Shown piece after piece: positions 13,085 through 26,121 of a stretch of DNA of 64,000 nucleotides. The notes below the pieces were generated by a model that saw nothing but the letters and a program-made list of their open reading frames with translations, did not search any database and had not been told where the DNA came from. This DNA is from the human T2T-CHM13v2.0 reference genome, Homo sapiens. The DNA is taken from NCBI RefSeq assembly GCF_009914755.1, contig NC_060936.1, one strand, 5' to 3'. Position numbers and translations under genes: made by a program. Numbering within the stretch: position 1 is the first letter of the stretch; each line of letters opens with the position of its first letter.

Positions 13085-15520
13085 AGAATTGAAAACTCTT
13101 CCCTTCTATTTTCTGAAATATATTATCTAGAATAAGCCATGTTTACTTCTGAAATGTCTGGCAAAATATGTCAATGAAACTATCTGGCCCTGAAGTTTTC
13201 TTTGTTGGAAGGTTTTTAACCACAAATTTAATTTTATACACAAATGCACACACACATGTATGTGTGTTTGCAGGTATGTATGAATTCAGGTTATCTGTTT
13301 CTTCTTCAATATATTTTGATAGTTTGTGTTTCTCAAAATAATTAGTTTATTTCATTGAAGTTATTGAATTTATGGACATAAAATTGTTTTTAGTATCTCT
13401 TATTATCCCTTTAATGTTTGTAATATTGCTAATGATGTCTCCTCTTTCATTGCCAATTTTGGTAGCTTGTGTATTCTTTTTCTTTTTTTCTGGGTCTATC
13501 CAGCTATGAGTTCATCAATACATATTTTTACCTCTCTCTCTCCCTTTCTCCCACATTCCCTCTCTCCTTCCATTCCTTCTTGCCTGTAGAAAAGAGAACA
13601 TACTTTGCAACCTTAAACAATTATAAACAATTTTAAGTTTTTTAGATTTATTCAGTTGCAAGTGACAGTAATACAAATTAGAGGTTTTTGATCAGAAAAG
13701 GAAATGTATTCACTCATGAAATGAAAAATCTCTGTTCAAGAATCAGATTTGATTCATTGGTTTTTATCTATTTTTTCAATATTATTGAATATCATTTCTC
13801 TTTGATTTATCTTCTGGGCTTAATTTGCTTTTCTAGTTCCCATTTTCTAAGGTGGAAGCTTAGATAGTTAAAAATATAATACAAGCATTTAATGCCACAA
13901 ATTTCCTTTAAACTCTGATTTAGCTGAATCCTATACGTTTTGATTTTTTTTCCAAAAGCATTTTCATTTAGATTCAGTTAAAAATATTTTTAAAGCCTTT
14001 TTTTCATTTAGATTCAGTTAAAAAATATTTTAAAAGCCTTCTATCAAATTTGGCCCATAAGTTACTTAGAAGTGAGATGTTTAATTTCCAAATATTTAGT
14101 GGGTTTTCAGATCTATTTCTAGTTTAATTCTGTTATAATCCATGTACATAGTTAGTATTCTTACTTATATTATCTTAAACTTGCTAAGATTATTTCTGTG
14201 GCTCAGAACAAATGGTCCAGCTTGGTGGATGCCCCATGAGTTCTTGATCAGAATGTGTATATATTATTTGTTAGATGAGGTGTTCTATAAATGTCAATTA
14301 GGTCATTGCTAGTTTATAGTTTTGTTCAGATTTCCTTTGTCCTTACTTACTGTCTGTATATTTGTTCTATTAATTATTGAGAGAGGAGCACTAAAATATC
14401 AAGTTATTATTTTGGGTTTGTATTTGTCAATTTTTTTTTTGTTCTTACTAGTTTTTGTTTCATGCATTTTTAAGATCACACACATTCAGAACGGTCATTT
14501 CTTGGATTATTGACTCCTTTGTCACTGTAATGCTTTTTTATCCCCTGCAATATAGTTACATTGCCTGATGTTAATATTAATACATCTACTCCAACTTTCT
14601 TTTGGTTAATGTTTCCATTACATATCTTTTCCCCACCACGTACAAGTTACTTTTAACCTATCTATGTCTTTATTTTTTAATGGCTTTATTTTAAACAATA
14701 TATAATTAGGTACTTTGTAAACCCAATTTGACAACCTTTGCCTTTTAACTGGTATGTTTAGGTCATGCACATTTAATGTGATTATATGCATTATTTGATT
14801 AAAATATACCATCTTGTTAGGTTTGTTTTCATTCATTTTTTTGGCTCACAGAGAAAATTTTTATGATTTCATTTTGTCTCTTTTATTGATTTATTATTTA
14901 ACCTCTTTAAATATTTTAATGATTTCCCTAAGTCTTATAATATACATCTAGAATTACCAGAGTGTACTTCCAAATAATATTATACCTTTCACGTGTAAGA
15001 TAAATTCCTTATAACAATATATTCCCAATAATTTCCTATAATTCTCTATGCTTTTGTTTACATATTTGTTACTTTTACAAGTGATCTCAATACACGTCCT
15101 CAGCCCTGTTAAATGAGACTTCCTTAGAACTCTCTCTAATGTTTTCTGTGAGTGCCTGTTAGAGTTTTTGGAGAAAAACCCTGAAGGCAGTTCAGACTCT
15201 GGATTTCTGTGGTGGTCGGTGACTTCACACTATCTCACCAATGTGCTCTTGGCCTTCACCATTTGCCAGTCAACCCAGCCAACCTCCCCTTACTAGTATC
15301 CATGGCCATCTGCCCCGTTTAAGTCCAGGTTCACACTTTGTCTATCCTTATGTTACCTGCTTCTCCTTAGATTTGAGGTCCTGTTGTTTGCTTTGTGAAC
15401 TTAGCTCTCTGACGGGTTTGAGAAAAGTTGACAACATGGTGTTTGGTCTAGCTTTCCATCACCGTAAAGTGAGAACAATGCTTTTTCCTGCTATCTGTGT
15501 CTCTCTTAAGAAACTGAGAG
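13085..15520 (-). mobile_element. Old L1M: ORF2 5' part, inter-ORF region and probable 5' end
   Basis: ORF 14618-14836 IITLNVHDLNIPVKRQRLSNWV matches the L1 ORF2 endonuclease N-terminus (ILTLNVNGLNSPIKRHRLASWI); 15380-15520 resembles an L1MD/M4-type 5' terminus. Confidence 0.8.
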
Positions 15521-15523
15521 TAA

Positions 15524-15731
15524 AATAAAAGTGTGTAGCACCTCCCCACTCTCTTTCTTCCTCCTGCTCTGGCCACGTGAAGCTCCTCACTCCAACTCTG
15601 CCTTCTACCGTGATTGGAAGCTTCCTGAGGCCTCCTCAGAGGCAGAAGCCACTATGCTTCCTGTACAGCCTGCAGAACCATGAGCCAATTAAAGCTCCTT
15701 TCTTTATAAATTAAAAAAAAAAAAAAAAAAA
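15524..15731 (+). mobile_element. Polyadenylated retrocopy of part of an MST LTR
   Basis: MST sequence ends at ...ATTAAAGCTCCTTTCTTTATAAATT followed by A19; GAGAGTAA at 15516-15523 and 15732-15739. Confidence 0.8.
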
Positions 15732-15789
15732 GAGAGTAACCTCACCACTTCCTCCTGAGGAACCAGTTGCACATCCCCACTTCCCACCA

Positions 15790-16220
15790 CAGCCCTTTGC
15801 TTATTAAGGTGGGATTGATGGACTCCATGGTCCCAAGGTGGTGTGGCCCTAGGACTCAGGCCTGCACACTCAGCTTTGTTAATCCCCTGGACACATAGAT
15901 TAGATCAAGCTTGGATACCTTAATGGAATTTGGGGTCAAAGACATTTTCTTTGCTTTGAAATTGCTGGGGAAAAAAATGTTACGGGTTTGGAGCTGCTGA
16001 GAGTCACCATGGGAAAAGAGTCTTTTTAAGATGAAGACACTAACAAAGAAGTAGAGATAAAATGACATTTTAAAATTTATTTTACTTTAGATCCAGATAT
16101 ACTTGTTCTGGAAGATTTTAATACATGAGCCGAGGCTTTTCCTTTTTGTGTGTGTGTTTTTTTAAACCCTCTAATTTGGAATTCTGTCACTTGAAACTCT
16201 AGGAATGCTGACAAATTCAA
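15790..16220 (+). mobile_element. Old MaLR LTR (MLT1K/L-like)
   Basis: 3' end TTCTGTCACTTGAAACTCTAGGAATGCTGACAAATTCA resembles an MLT1 terminus. Confidence 0.5.
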
Positions 16221-16440
16221 ATCATTTATAATTGTTCATAGTTGGTGAGAGTTACCTCACCCTCATTCTACATCAAGTCAAAAGATATTTATGTATTGCT
16301 TTATGTGTCAGTCACTAGTGTATATTGATTTGCAGCAATATTAAGAAAATCTTGCTTGCTCAATACTTTCTACTCTTCAGAGCACTTTCATGTATATGGT
16401 TTTTTGTGATACAGAAATTCTTTTGATTTGTGTATATGAG

Positions 16441-16947
16441 TGTGTTAGTTTCCTATTCTGCTGTAACACATTACCACTAACTTAGTGACTTAAAACAACA
16501 CAAATTTATTATTGTATGGTCTATAGGACAGAAATTCAGTATGGGTTCCACTGGACTAAACTCAGGGTGTTGGCAGGGCTCTCTTCCCTTTGGAGGCTCT
16601 TCAGGGAGTCCATTTCCCATATCTTTTCACCTTCTAGAGGCTGCTTACATTCTTTAACTTGTAGCGCCTTCCTCCATCTTCAAAGCCAGCCACGGTGGCT
16701 CAGGTCCTTCTTACATTGTATCACTTTAACCTCCTCTTCTGCCTCCTTTTTCCATTTTTAAGGACCCTTGTGTTGCACTGGGTTCACCAAGATTATCCAC
16801 AATAATCTCCCATCTCAATGTCAGCTGATTAGGAATGTTAATTTTATTGGCAACCTTGGTTCTCCTCTGCCATGTAACCTAACATACTCACAGGTTCTGG
16901 GGACTATGGTGGGGACCACTTTGGGGGTCCTTTATTCTGCCAACCAG
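16441..16947 (-). mobile_element. MLT1D-like solo LTR, within a MIR
   Basis: TGTGTTAGTTTCCTATTCTGCTGTAACACATTACCAC...CACAGGTTCTGGGGACT...TATTCTGCCAACCA. Confidence 0.85.
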
Positions 16948-18265
16948 AGTGTGGCAGGAACTTTACATATGAAACCGCAGAGACACATGATGATTGTACA
17001 AGGTCACATGAGTTGGAAATAGAGTCTTACTAGTACACCTGTCCCTGTTTTTCTCTCCACTGTATTTTCCCTTCAAAATGATAAACTTTTTGCTTTCATT
17101 CCATGCCCATGCCAATTTTTAGTAGAAGTCCTCTAACTACAATGTTTGATGAAATAGCTGTCTGGAAAGTGAGGAATTTGTACAGAAGTAAAAGGTACAT
17201 TACTCTCTTTTATGTCTATTTGGGAATCGTGTGTTGGTGTGATGGTATCAACAATTCAGTATCATTTACCACGCACTGCAGCTGTGAGTTTTCATCCATG
17301 TTTCCCATAAGATTTTCTGTGCAGTTGGTGAAGCCAGATTTGCTCTGGGAAACATTTTCCAACAGTAGTTAGCAGCCAAGATGGAGATGGCTTTGTAGGT
17401 CCCCAACATTAAAATACAATTTATTTTATCTTTCAATGACAATTTCCAGAAGGCACGCACAAGCTAAAAATCCCCATTTGTTGGTTAGAACTGTGGATAC
17501 CCCATGGCAGAGTTAGACTCCTGTGCATTGTATTGTATCAATGGATCTGAAATGCAAATATCTTTGTTTTCTCCTCTATTCTCTGGACAGAAACTACCGT
17601 ACCAAAGTTCTTTATGAGCTGTATCTTCAGTGCATCTTTAGTTTTTATTAAAGTTTGGAAGCAAGAAAGAGCAGAGATGTTGTAAATACGAGATCCTAGT
17701 TAATGTCATTTTGAAAATGAGCTATGAATGTAGGTCTTATTTTTGGGATTAGCTCCTTCTCTGACTGTACTAATTGTTCATATGACAGAAAAACAACATA
17801 ATTTGTATCCTTTGGCAACTTTTAAGTACATATTTTCCTCTGAGATTTTTTTTTTTTTATTTTTGCTTTTGTAAGTCAGCCTTCCCTTATGGTTACAGTT
17901 AATTTCCCTAAATGCTCCATCTCATGAAGAATAAATTAAGGGAGAAACACAAATTCTTGTCCAACATAGATATAATTGAAGATATAATTGAAGTGAAAGC
18001 TCTCTTCTTACTCCAGTCAGTTGTCAACCTGAATGTTTTTCTTGCAGGTCAGATTGGAAAGAAAATGCTGCCATTTGTAGCTAGTAAATGTCAGTGTGGC
18101 TCTGCCAATGTTAAATATTTTGGTCATTTTCTCTACTTGGAGGTGAGGTTGAATGATATCAAAATATCTGAGGGTGACAGAAAGTTCTTTGTCATTTCTT
18201 CTCTCCCCTTCCCTGGTTCTTTTGAATTTTGGAAACCCTTTCAAATGGAACATCTGTAAGGAAAA

Positions 18266-18958
18266 TGTAGCCTAGGCTAATATGCGTGTTTGTGTCTTAG
18301 TTTTCAATAGAAAGTTTAAAAACTAATAAAATTAAATAAAAATGCTTATAGAATAAGGATACAAAGAAAGAAAATACTTTTGTACAGCTGTACAATATGT
18401 GTTTTAAGCTAAGTTTTATTAAAAAGAGTCTAAATGTCTTTAAAAAGTAAGCGTTTATAAAGTAAATCATTGTGTAGTAAGTTATGGTTAACTTATCACT
18501 GAAGGCAAAATAAATAAACTTAATGTTGCCTAGGTGGACAGTGTTTGCAAAGTCCATAGTAGTATATGGTAATGTCCTGGGCCTCACATTCACTCACCCC
18601 TCACTCACTGACACCCAGGGCAACTTCCAGTCCTATAAGCTTCATTCATGGTTAGTGCCCCCCACATGTGTATCATTTTTTCTTTTATAACATATTATTA
18701 CTGTACCTTTTCTATGTTTAGCTACACAAATACTTACCATTATGTTGCAGTCGCCCTCAGTATTCCGTACAGTAACATGCTGCACAGACTTGTAGCCTAG
18801 GAGTGACAGACTATTCCATATAGCCTGGGTGTGTAGTAGGCTAGTCCGTCTAGGGTCTAGGTTTGTGTCAGTATACTCTACAATGTTCACACAATGACAA
18901 AATCTCCTAATGACAGATTTCTCACAATGTATCCCCATCATTAAATGATGCATCATTG
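18266..18958. mobile_element. Tigger3b (MER7B)-like DNA transposon, one terminus retained
   Basis: CACTCACTGACACCCAGGGCAACTTCCAGTCCT, TACTGTACCTTTTCTATGTTTAG, TGTAGCCTAGGAG; terminus ATCCCCATCATTAAATGATGCATCATTG followed by TA. Confidence 0.88.
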
Positions 18959-19847
18959 TATACATATATAAATAAAATATTTCTTCATTTTCATATATTA
19001 ATAATATATTTATATGATTATATATATATTGTAATGTTTTCAGACATTGGACATTAGGCAGAAGAATTCTGTGACTCCTGTAAAAAGAGAAATGCCTGTG
19101 GTGAGTCTTGCAATTGTTCCAGCTTTCTGCCTGGGGCGCTGGCCAGTGTGCAATGCAGAAAGGGGATTCCAAGTTTATAGAACATGGTGGTTTCTGAGGC
19201 AGGGAGACAGAGATTGGTTTTGGGAGGCTGAACTATCTGAGCATCAGGTTATGGAGCTGGAGGAAGCAGCATCATAGGGGTCATGATCATCTGCTTCGGA
19301 ATTTAAATTCTTGGATTGAAAACACAACCCTATGCGTTATTAGCTTAGTGACTCCAGGAAACATCCTCCACCTCTCATTGTGTACTTCGTACATGTATAA
19401 CAGTCAGGACTGGTACCCACCTCCTGTGGGGGAGTCCTACCTGGGCATGGCAGCAGCCCCTCCGCAGGTCATGACAGTACTGGTGGATCCACCCAGGCCT
19501 CACTTCAGAGCTTCCACTCTTCTTCTGCCCCCAAGGAAAAGCTGGTCTCAGAGGGCCCTTAGAGTACATCTAGTCCATTCTCCTCATTTTTGTAGATGGT
19601 AAAACTGAGGTTCAGAGAATGGAAGCAAGTTGCTCAATCTTCCCAAGATAGTGGCAAAAAGGGAAAAAGATTGAAAGTCTCAGAATTCTTAGACCAGCGC
19701 CATTTCCATGCAAGCAGATGCGGTCCTAAACTGTACTTACTTTTAAGGCCCTTTTTATACTGGTGAGCCAAAGTTGAATTATGTCTCCAACTCAGCATAA
19801 AGGCTTTAGAATAGTTGCTTATTTTCATCCTAACAAAGGCACAGATG

Positions 19848-19940
19848 CAGGGCCATCAAATACAGATGTGCTGGTTGCATACTGCACAACTGTAGAGGGC
19901 ACATTTACATCATAATCCAGGTGAGTAACACTTCCCCAAG
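19848..19940. mobile_element. MER91-like hAT-Tip100 fragment
   Basis: CAGGGCC...GGTTGCATACTGCACAACTGTAGAGGGCACATTTACATCATA. Confidence 0.6.
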
Positions 19941-19974
19941 GTTTTTTTTTCTTTTTTTTTTTTTTAAATCAAAC

Positions 19975-20230
19975 GTACTCTGTATTTTACCTAAGAAAAC
20001 TTAGACTAACTCAAGGATGCAAAAGTTTTTCTCACTTTTTTTTCAAGAAATTCAATAGTTTTAGATTTCACATTTATATTTGGGATCCATTTGGAGTTAA
20101 TCTTTGCATATGGCATGAAATGTGGATCAAAGTTTATTTTTTGCGTATGGCTATTACATTGTTCTAGTATTATTTTTTTAAAAGAATATTGTTTTTTAAT
20201 TTAATTGTCATTCCAGCTTCATCAAAAACT
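19975..20230 (-). mobile_element. L1M ORF2 fragment
   Basis: TAGTTTTAGATTTCACATTTA...GATCCATTTGGAGTTAATCTTTGCATATGG. Confidence 0.7.
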
Positions 20231-20439
20231 GCATGTAAATGGCTTCCCATTTTAAATTATAGCCAGTGTCAAATATTCCAGAAATAAATACACTAACTAA
20301 ATAAAGCAAGAGCTATTATTAATTTTAACTTTACTCCAAAACCCATTACTGACAAAATACCCTTGATGCAGTTTGAAAATTCACCTTTTCCCATCTTTCA
20401 TCTGCAAGAGTGCTTTCTAATAGCAAAGACTGCTAAAAC

Positions 20440-20880
20440 TAAGGGGAAAAAAGACAAGTCTCAGACTGTGAAAAATAATTGAAAAATCACATATTTAATA
20501 AATGACTTGTATTCAGAATATATAAAGAACCCTCAAAACTTAATAAGAAAACAAACAACCCCTTAAATGTGAGCAAGTTATTTAAGAAAGTGTTGTACTA
20601 AAGAAGATGTACAGATGGTAAATTAAGCACATGGTTTAACATCATGAGATATTAAGAAAATGAGAAATTAAGAAAATTAAATCCACAGTGAGATACCACT
20701 ACACATCTATTAGAGTACCTAGAATGAAAATTGACCTTCCCAAGTGTTAGCCAGTTATGTGGAGGCACTCCAACTCTCAAACCCTGCTGGCGGGAATGTA
20801 AAATGGTATTTTACTTTGTAAAAACAGTTTGTCAGTTTCATAAAATGCCAAACGCAATGCAATCATAATGTTAAGGACAT
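20440..20880 (+). mobile_element. L1M (L1ME/MC-like) ORF2 3' fragment
   Basis: GACTTGTATTCAGAATATATAAAGAACCCTCAAAACTT...GAGATACCACTACACATCTATTAG...GGGAATGTAAAATGGTA. Confidence 0.75.
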
Positions 20881-20974
20881 TATTTTTATTTACAAAGGAT
20901 CTATGAAAAAATAAGAACAACGGACTGTCTTTACATACCCTCCATCAAAAGACCAAAGAAGAAAACAAAAGCCG

Positions 20975-21182
20975 AGATGTGGCTTCTGGCTGTGTCTTTA
21001 CATGGTGGAAGGGACTAATGAGCTCCCTGGGGCCTCATTTACCAGAGCACTAATTCCATTCACAAGGACTCTGCCTTCATGACCTAATCATCTCCTAAAA
21101 GCCCCACTTTTTAATACTGTTGCATTGAGGGTTAGGTTTCAATATATGAATTTGGGGTGGGGGACACCAACATTCAGAACAT
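20975..21182 (-). mobile_element. MLT1A-like LTR fragment
   Basis: GCACTAATTCCATTCACAAGGACTCTGCCTTCATGACCTAATCATCTCC...GGGACACCAACATTCAGAACA. Confidence 0.8.
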
Positions 21183-22194
21183 GATGATATTTTACTGAGA
21201 AATAAAAAGAAGCTGAAGAAAGTGTTATCTCTCTTGGCTACATAATTCTGCTGAATTCCCTTTTGTAAGGGATAAGAGTGGTTAAGTGAGACAGAGAAAA
21301 TATAGACCATAAATCAGAATAATTGTATCACTTTTCTGTCTGCTTGGCTCAGTTTTTTTTTTTTGACAAACTTTAAAAATTAGGCTAGGATTGCTTTTGA
21401 GTTTGAAACTTTTTATAATTCATTCAGCCATCTCTAAGTGCAAGTAAAATATATAGTATTCTAAAAAAGAGGGATATAAATTTAAGTTTGATTGAAAACA
21501 CAGTGGGAGGTAAAGTGTTTGGGCCATTAAGACATAAATTATCATTTGCATGAAATAGGTGAGAGCTTGGTTCTAATAGAGCTGGTATTAAATCAGATTA
21601 AAATTTCCTGGGTCTGATTATAAGTACCTAGGCATCCTCTTCTCAAATACCCTCAATATTCCATAAATTCTCATCCTTCCACCAGTAAAAATGTGTGTGA
21701 TGAGGAAGATTAGTTTTAAGGTATCCTACACAAATTATTTCTTTCCATTTTGATCGAGTCTCAACATGATACATAGAGTTAGCATACATTTTCAGATTTG
21801 TTTCTACAGAGTTATCTGCATGAGAAAGTCAAGTTTTAAATGACAGTGGTTCCTGGGAATAGATGTTCCAACTTGTAGTCAGCTTTCTGTATTAAATTAT
21901 TTCATTATTGTTTGAAAAAGTCATTTTCTCATTCTTTTACACTATACATCATATTTTTCCTTATTTTTTACACTTTTTGTTATCATTTTCTCTCCCCAAA
22001 TATTAACCAAAATACATTTTGGTGTAACTACAGGATGCAGAGTAGATGACAGTATTACATGAGCAACTGATGCTGACTTGTCAACTTAAAAACCAGCACT
22101 GAATTCTGTGACCACTTTTATCCCTGTAGGTTGTACAGTGGTAACATCAAAAGAGGCTTCATGAAAGCCTCCTATGATACTGTAATGCTCCAGA

Positions 22195-22397
22195 GGGGTA
22201 CTGTCCAACAGAACCTTGTGCAACGATGTAAATGTTCTATACGCATGCTATCCAATATGGTAGCCAATAGTCACTTGTGACAACCAAGCCACTGAAACGT
22301 GGCTGGTGCAATCAATTAACTAAATTTTTATTTTTAAAATTAATTTCAATTTAGATGGCCATATGGATATTGAAGCTAACACATGAAATAACACAGG
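22195..22397 (+). mobile_element. MER3 hAT-Charlie element
   Basis: CTGTCCAACAGAACCTTGTGCAACGATGTAAATGTTCTATA...TCCAATATGGTAGCCAATAGTCAC; xTCTAGA-like flanks. Confidence 0.75.
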
Positions 22398-22711
22398 TCT
22401 AGAGACATTTACATCTAACTTCCTGGTATGGAAGAAAAAAATAGTAATTCTTACCTTTACCAAGAAAGGTATAAGTAGCATACCTTCTGTCTTTCCTCTT
22501 AGTATAAAACTATTGGATGGAATATGCTATCTTTGGTGACTTTAGTTAATAAAAAAGACCATTTGTTAATTGATCATTGTGGCCCACAATATAACTTACT
22601 GTTTATAATCAAACTTTCCTCTCTATGTCTGTTGTAGGTGTTATTGGACATCAACCTAGTATCTGGTCCATCTAACTATGTCTGGTTATCTGGTTACAGA
22701 ACTGCGGTAGA

Positions 22712-23060
22712 CTGATATGTTGGTTCCTTTATCACTTGACTTACTATTTCCTTCCCCTAAAGCGGAGGTATGTATGCAGGCCCCTTGAATTTTGGTTCAT
22801 TTTGCTCCTTGCATTGCCCAACAGAATGAAGTGATAGTGTTGCTTTGCCCAATCAAAGCCTGGGCTTTAGGAAGCCTTGTGTGTTTTCACTTGCTTTTTG
22901 AGCTTCTGCCTGCTCTGTGAGAAGAACAAGGAAAGAATGGTCTAATGTCCCAGGAGGAGTATAAAAGACAAATGAGGCAGAGTGGTCCAGTCAAAGCCAA
23001 CATAGATTAGTCAGCTTCCACCTTTCCTGACACTTGAGTAATAACATTTTTTGTTGATTT
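22712..23060 (+). mobile_element. Old MaLR LTR fragment (MLT1F/G-like)
   Basis: CCCCTTGAATTTTGG...CCAACAGAATGAAGTG...AAGCCTGGGCTTTAGGAAGCCTTG. Confidence 0.55.
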
Positions 23061-23109
23061 TCTTAAGTAGTTTTTATTATAAAACAAACACAAGAAGGGG
23101 CAAACAAAA

Positions 23110-23665
23110 CACATAATAAAATGGTAAACCTGAATGTAATCTTATCAACACTTACATAAAATCTAAATGATCTTAACTCACCAACCAAAAGATAGAGATC
23201 ATAAGATGAATTCATGAAAGAACCAATTATACATGATCTATAAGAAACCCATTTATAATAATGACATAGATAGGCTAAAAGTAAAAGGCTAGCAGAAAAT
23301 ATACCTTGCAAGTACAGAGCAAAGGAAAGATGAGTTAAATTAATATCAGAAAGAGTAGACTTTAGAACAAGGAAAATTATCAGGATTATAGAAGGTCAGT
23401 ACATTAGGATAAAATGGTCATTTCACCAAGGAGATATAACAGAAATAAATGTGTGCATCTATTAGCAGAGCTACAAAATACATGAAGAAAAATGAATAGA
23501 ATTGAAAGAGGAAATATACAAGTCCACAACTACACTTGAAGACATCAGTACTCCTTTGTCAGTAATTTATGGAATGAGTGGGCTGAAAATTAACTAGGAT
23601 ATATAAAACCTATAAAACATTATAAATCACCTAGGCCTAATTGACATTCATGGAACCTTAACACC
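23110..23665 (+). mobile_element. L1M ORF2 endonuclease-region fragment
   Basis: TAATATCAGAAAGAGTAGACTTTAGAACAAGGAAAATTATCAGG...CAAAATACATGAAG...CTAATTGACATT. Confidence 0.75.
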
Positions 23666-23809
23666 TGTTAAATCCTGGTTAATTTAATTAATTTCTGTGA
23701 GCCTCATTTTCTTCTATAAAATCAGAAAATTTAGACAACCTACTGCAGGCTTTTATCATAAAGATTAGGGATAATGCCTATAATGTACCTGGGATATGAT
23801 ATTTATTAT

Positions 23810-25350
23810 TCACCCATTCTTTCATTCAACTAGTAGTTGATTGCCATCTGAGTACCAGGCACAGAGACAGACATTAACAATACAACAGTACATATGGTAA
23901 AATTGTGCTTCAAAAAGCAAGTAGTGAGAGCTGCACACATTATCCATATCATCACAAAAATGAAAAGGAGGTACGCATTGCTCTAAGAACCTGCAATAGG
24001 GAGATTTGGTGTGGTCAGGTCAAAGGGAACTGCCTGTGCAAAGGCTCAGTGGCTGGAAGGAGTGGGGGTTGGAGGACCTGAAATCGGATGTGTGTGGCTG
24101 GAGGTTTGTGGTGCACAAAGAGTGGTGGATTTGAGGCTGGGGCCATAAGAAGGAGCTACTCATGCTGTAGTTGTAGGATAGATTCAGGCACTTGGATTAT
24201 ATCTCAAGGGAAATAAGCAAAGGCCCTTAACAGACATTTCTTAAAAGAAGATGTAAAAATGACCAGAACATATATGAGAAGGTGCTCAACATCACTAATT
24301 ATTAGGAAAATGCAAATCAAAACTGCAGTGAGATATGGCCTTACACCTGTTAGGATGGCTATTATCAAAAAGACAAAGGATAACAGATGTTGGCAAGGAT
24401 GTGGAGAACAGGGTAGTCTTGCACACTGTTGGTGAAATGTAAATTGGTACCACCATTATGGAAAACATTATGTAGTTTCCTCAAAAAATTAAAATAGAAC
24501 TATGCAATGATTCAGCAATCCCAATTCTGGGTATATATTCAAAGGATGGAAATCAGTATGTTAAAGAGATATCTTCATTCTATGTTCATTTCAGTGTTAT
24601 TCACAACTGCCTAGACAACCTACATGTCTGTTGATAGATGACTGTTAAGAAAATCTTATATATACAGACAGTATAACATTTTTCAGCCTTAGTACAGAAG
24701 GAAATCCTGAAATTTGTGACAATATAGATGAATGTAGATGTTATACTAAATGAATAAGCCAGACATGGAAAGACAAATACTAAGTGATTTCCCTTCTATG
24801 TGGAATCAAAAATAGTCAAACCCATGGAAATAGAGCATAAAATGGTGATTGCCTGGAGCTGGAGAGTGGAGGAAATGGGAAAATGTTGGTCAAGGATCAC
24901 AGAGTTTCAGTCATGCAAGATAAATACATTCCAGACATAGAATACACAGTATGATGACTACAGTTAACAATTCTATCTTGTCTACTTGAAATTTGCTAAG
25001 AAGTTGGACCTTAAGTGTTTTCACCACACATAAAAATGCTACTTTTGTGAGGCGATGGGTGTATTAATTAGCTTAACTGTGATAATCACAGTTTTACAGT
25101 ATCTATGTATAACAAATGATCAAGTTGTACACCTTAAATATATACAACTTTTATGAAATTATCTCTCAGTAAAGCTGAAAAAGCAAAAGAACAATGGGAA
25201 GCCAGTGGAGGATTTCTTGTGTGGTGATCATATTTGCATTTTCCCCTGGCTGTTAGGTGGAGAGTAGCTGGGAGAAGGGAGATGGTCAGATCAGGGAGGC
25301 CATTTAGGAGATTTGGGCGATGTGCAGGTGAGAAATGATGATACTTGGAG
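23810..25350 (-). mobile_element. L2, split by an L1MA (23810-24212 and 25190-25350)
   Basis: TTCATTCAACTAG tail, TGTGCAAAGGCTCAGTGG; resumes AATGGGAAGCCAGTGGAGGATTT. Confidence 0.65.
24213..25183 (+). mobile_element. L1MA8/9-like 3' end
   Basis: AACAGACATTTCTTAAAAGAAGA...GACCTTAAGTGTTTTCACCAC...GTTGTACACCTTAAATATATACAA...AGTAAAGCTGAAAAA. Confidence 0.85.
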
Positions 25351-25463
25351 TCAAAAATGGCTCATGCTCTCTTTCTTTTCTGCAGCTACTGACTGAGGTT
25401 ATATCCTTCATGCATGTTGTCAATGGTGCTGGCACTTAGGTCAGGAGGAAAGCTAAACTATGA

Positions 25464-25792
<329 letters not shown>

Positions 25793-26121
25793 GTGCTGTA
25801 TTCTTAATGCTGCCTTTGGATCAGTTGCAAGATCGCAATGTACAATATCTTTGCTAGTACCAGGCAGTGTCAGAAGCAAGCTTGCTCCCTTGATTAGCTG
25901 TGGGTCCACTCATTCAGTAAAACACTTACTGAATTCCTGGCATCAGGAAGGCCAGTGGCTTACTTCAGAGCTGGTGAGAGCTTCTGGATTGGACCCTGGG
26001 TCATTGTGTCTTTGAACACATTTTCTACATTCCAGTACTTTCTGTCTTGCAAACTCTGGAATTCAGTGAATCCCCAACTCTCCTCACCCTCAGCAGCAGA
26101 TAATCCACGTGTAAAAAGACG

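Noticed and set aside
14618-14836. Endonuclease-like peptide
   Set aside because: Genuine L1 ORF2 homology but a frameshifted fossil, not a functional CDS
18642-19172. 176-aa ORF
   Set aside because: Reads through an AT-rich tract and non-coding Tigger3 sequence; not a transposase
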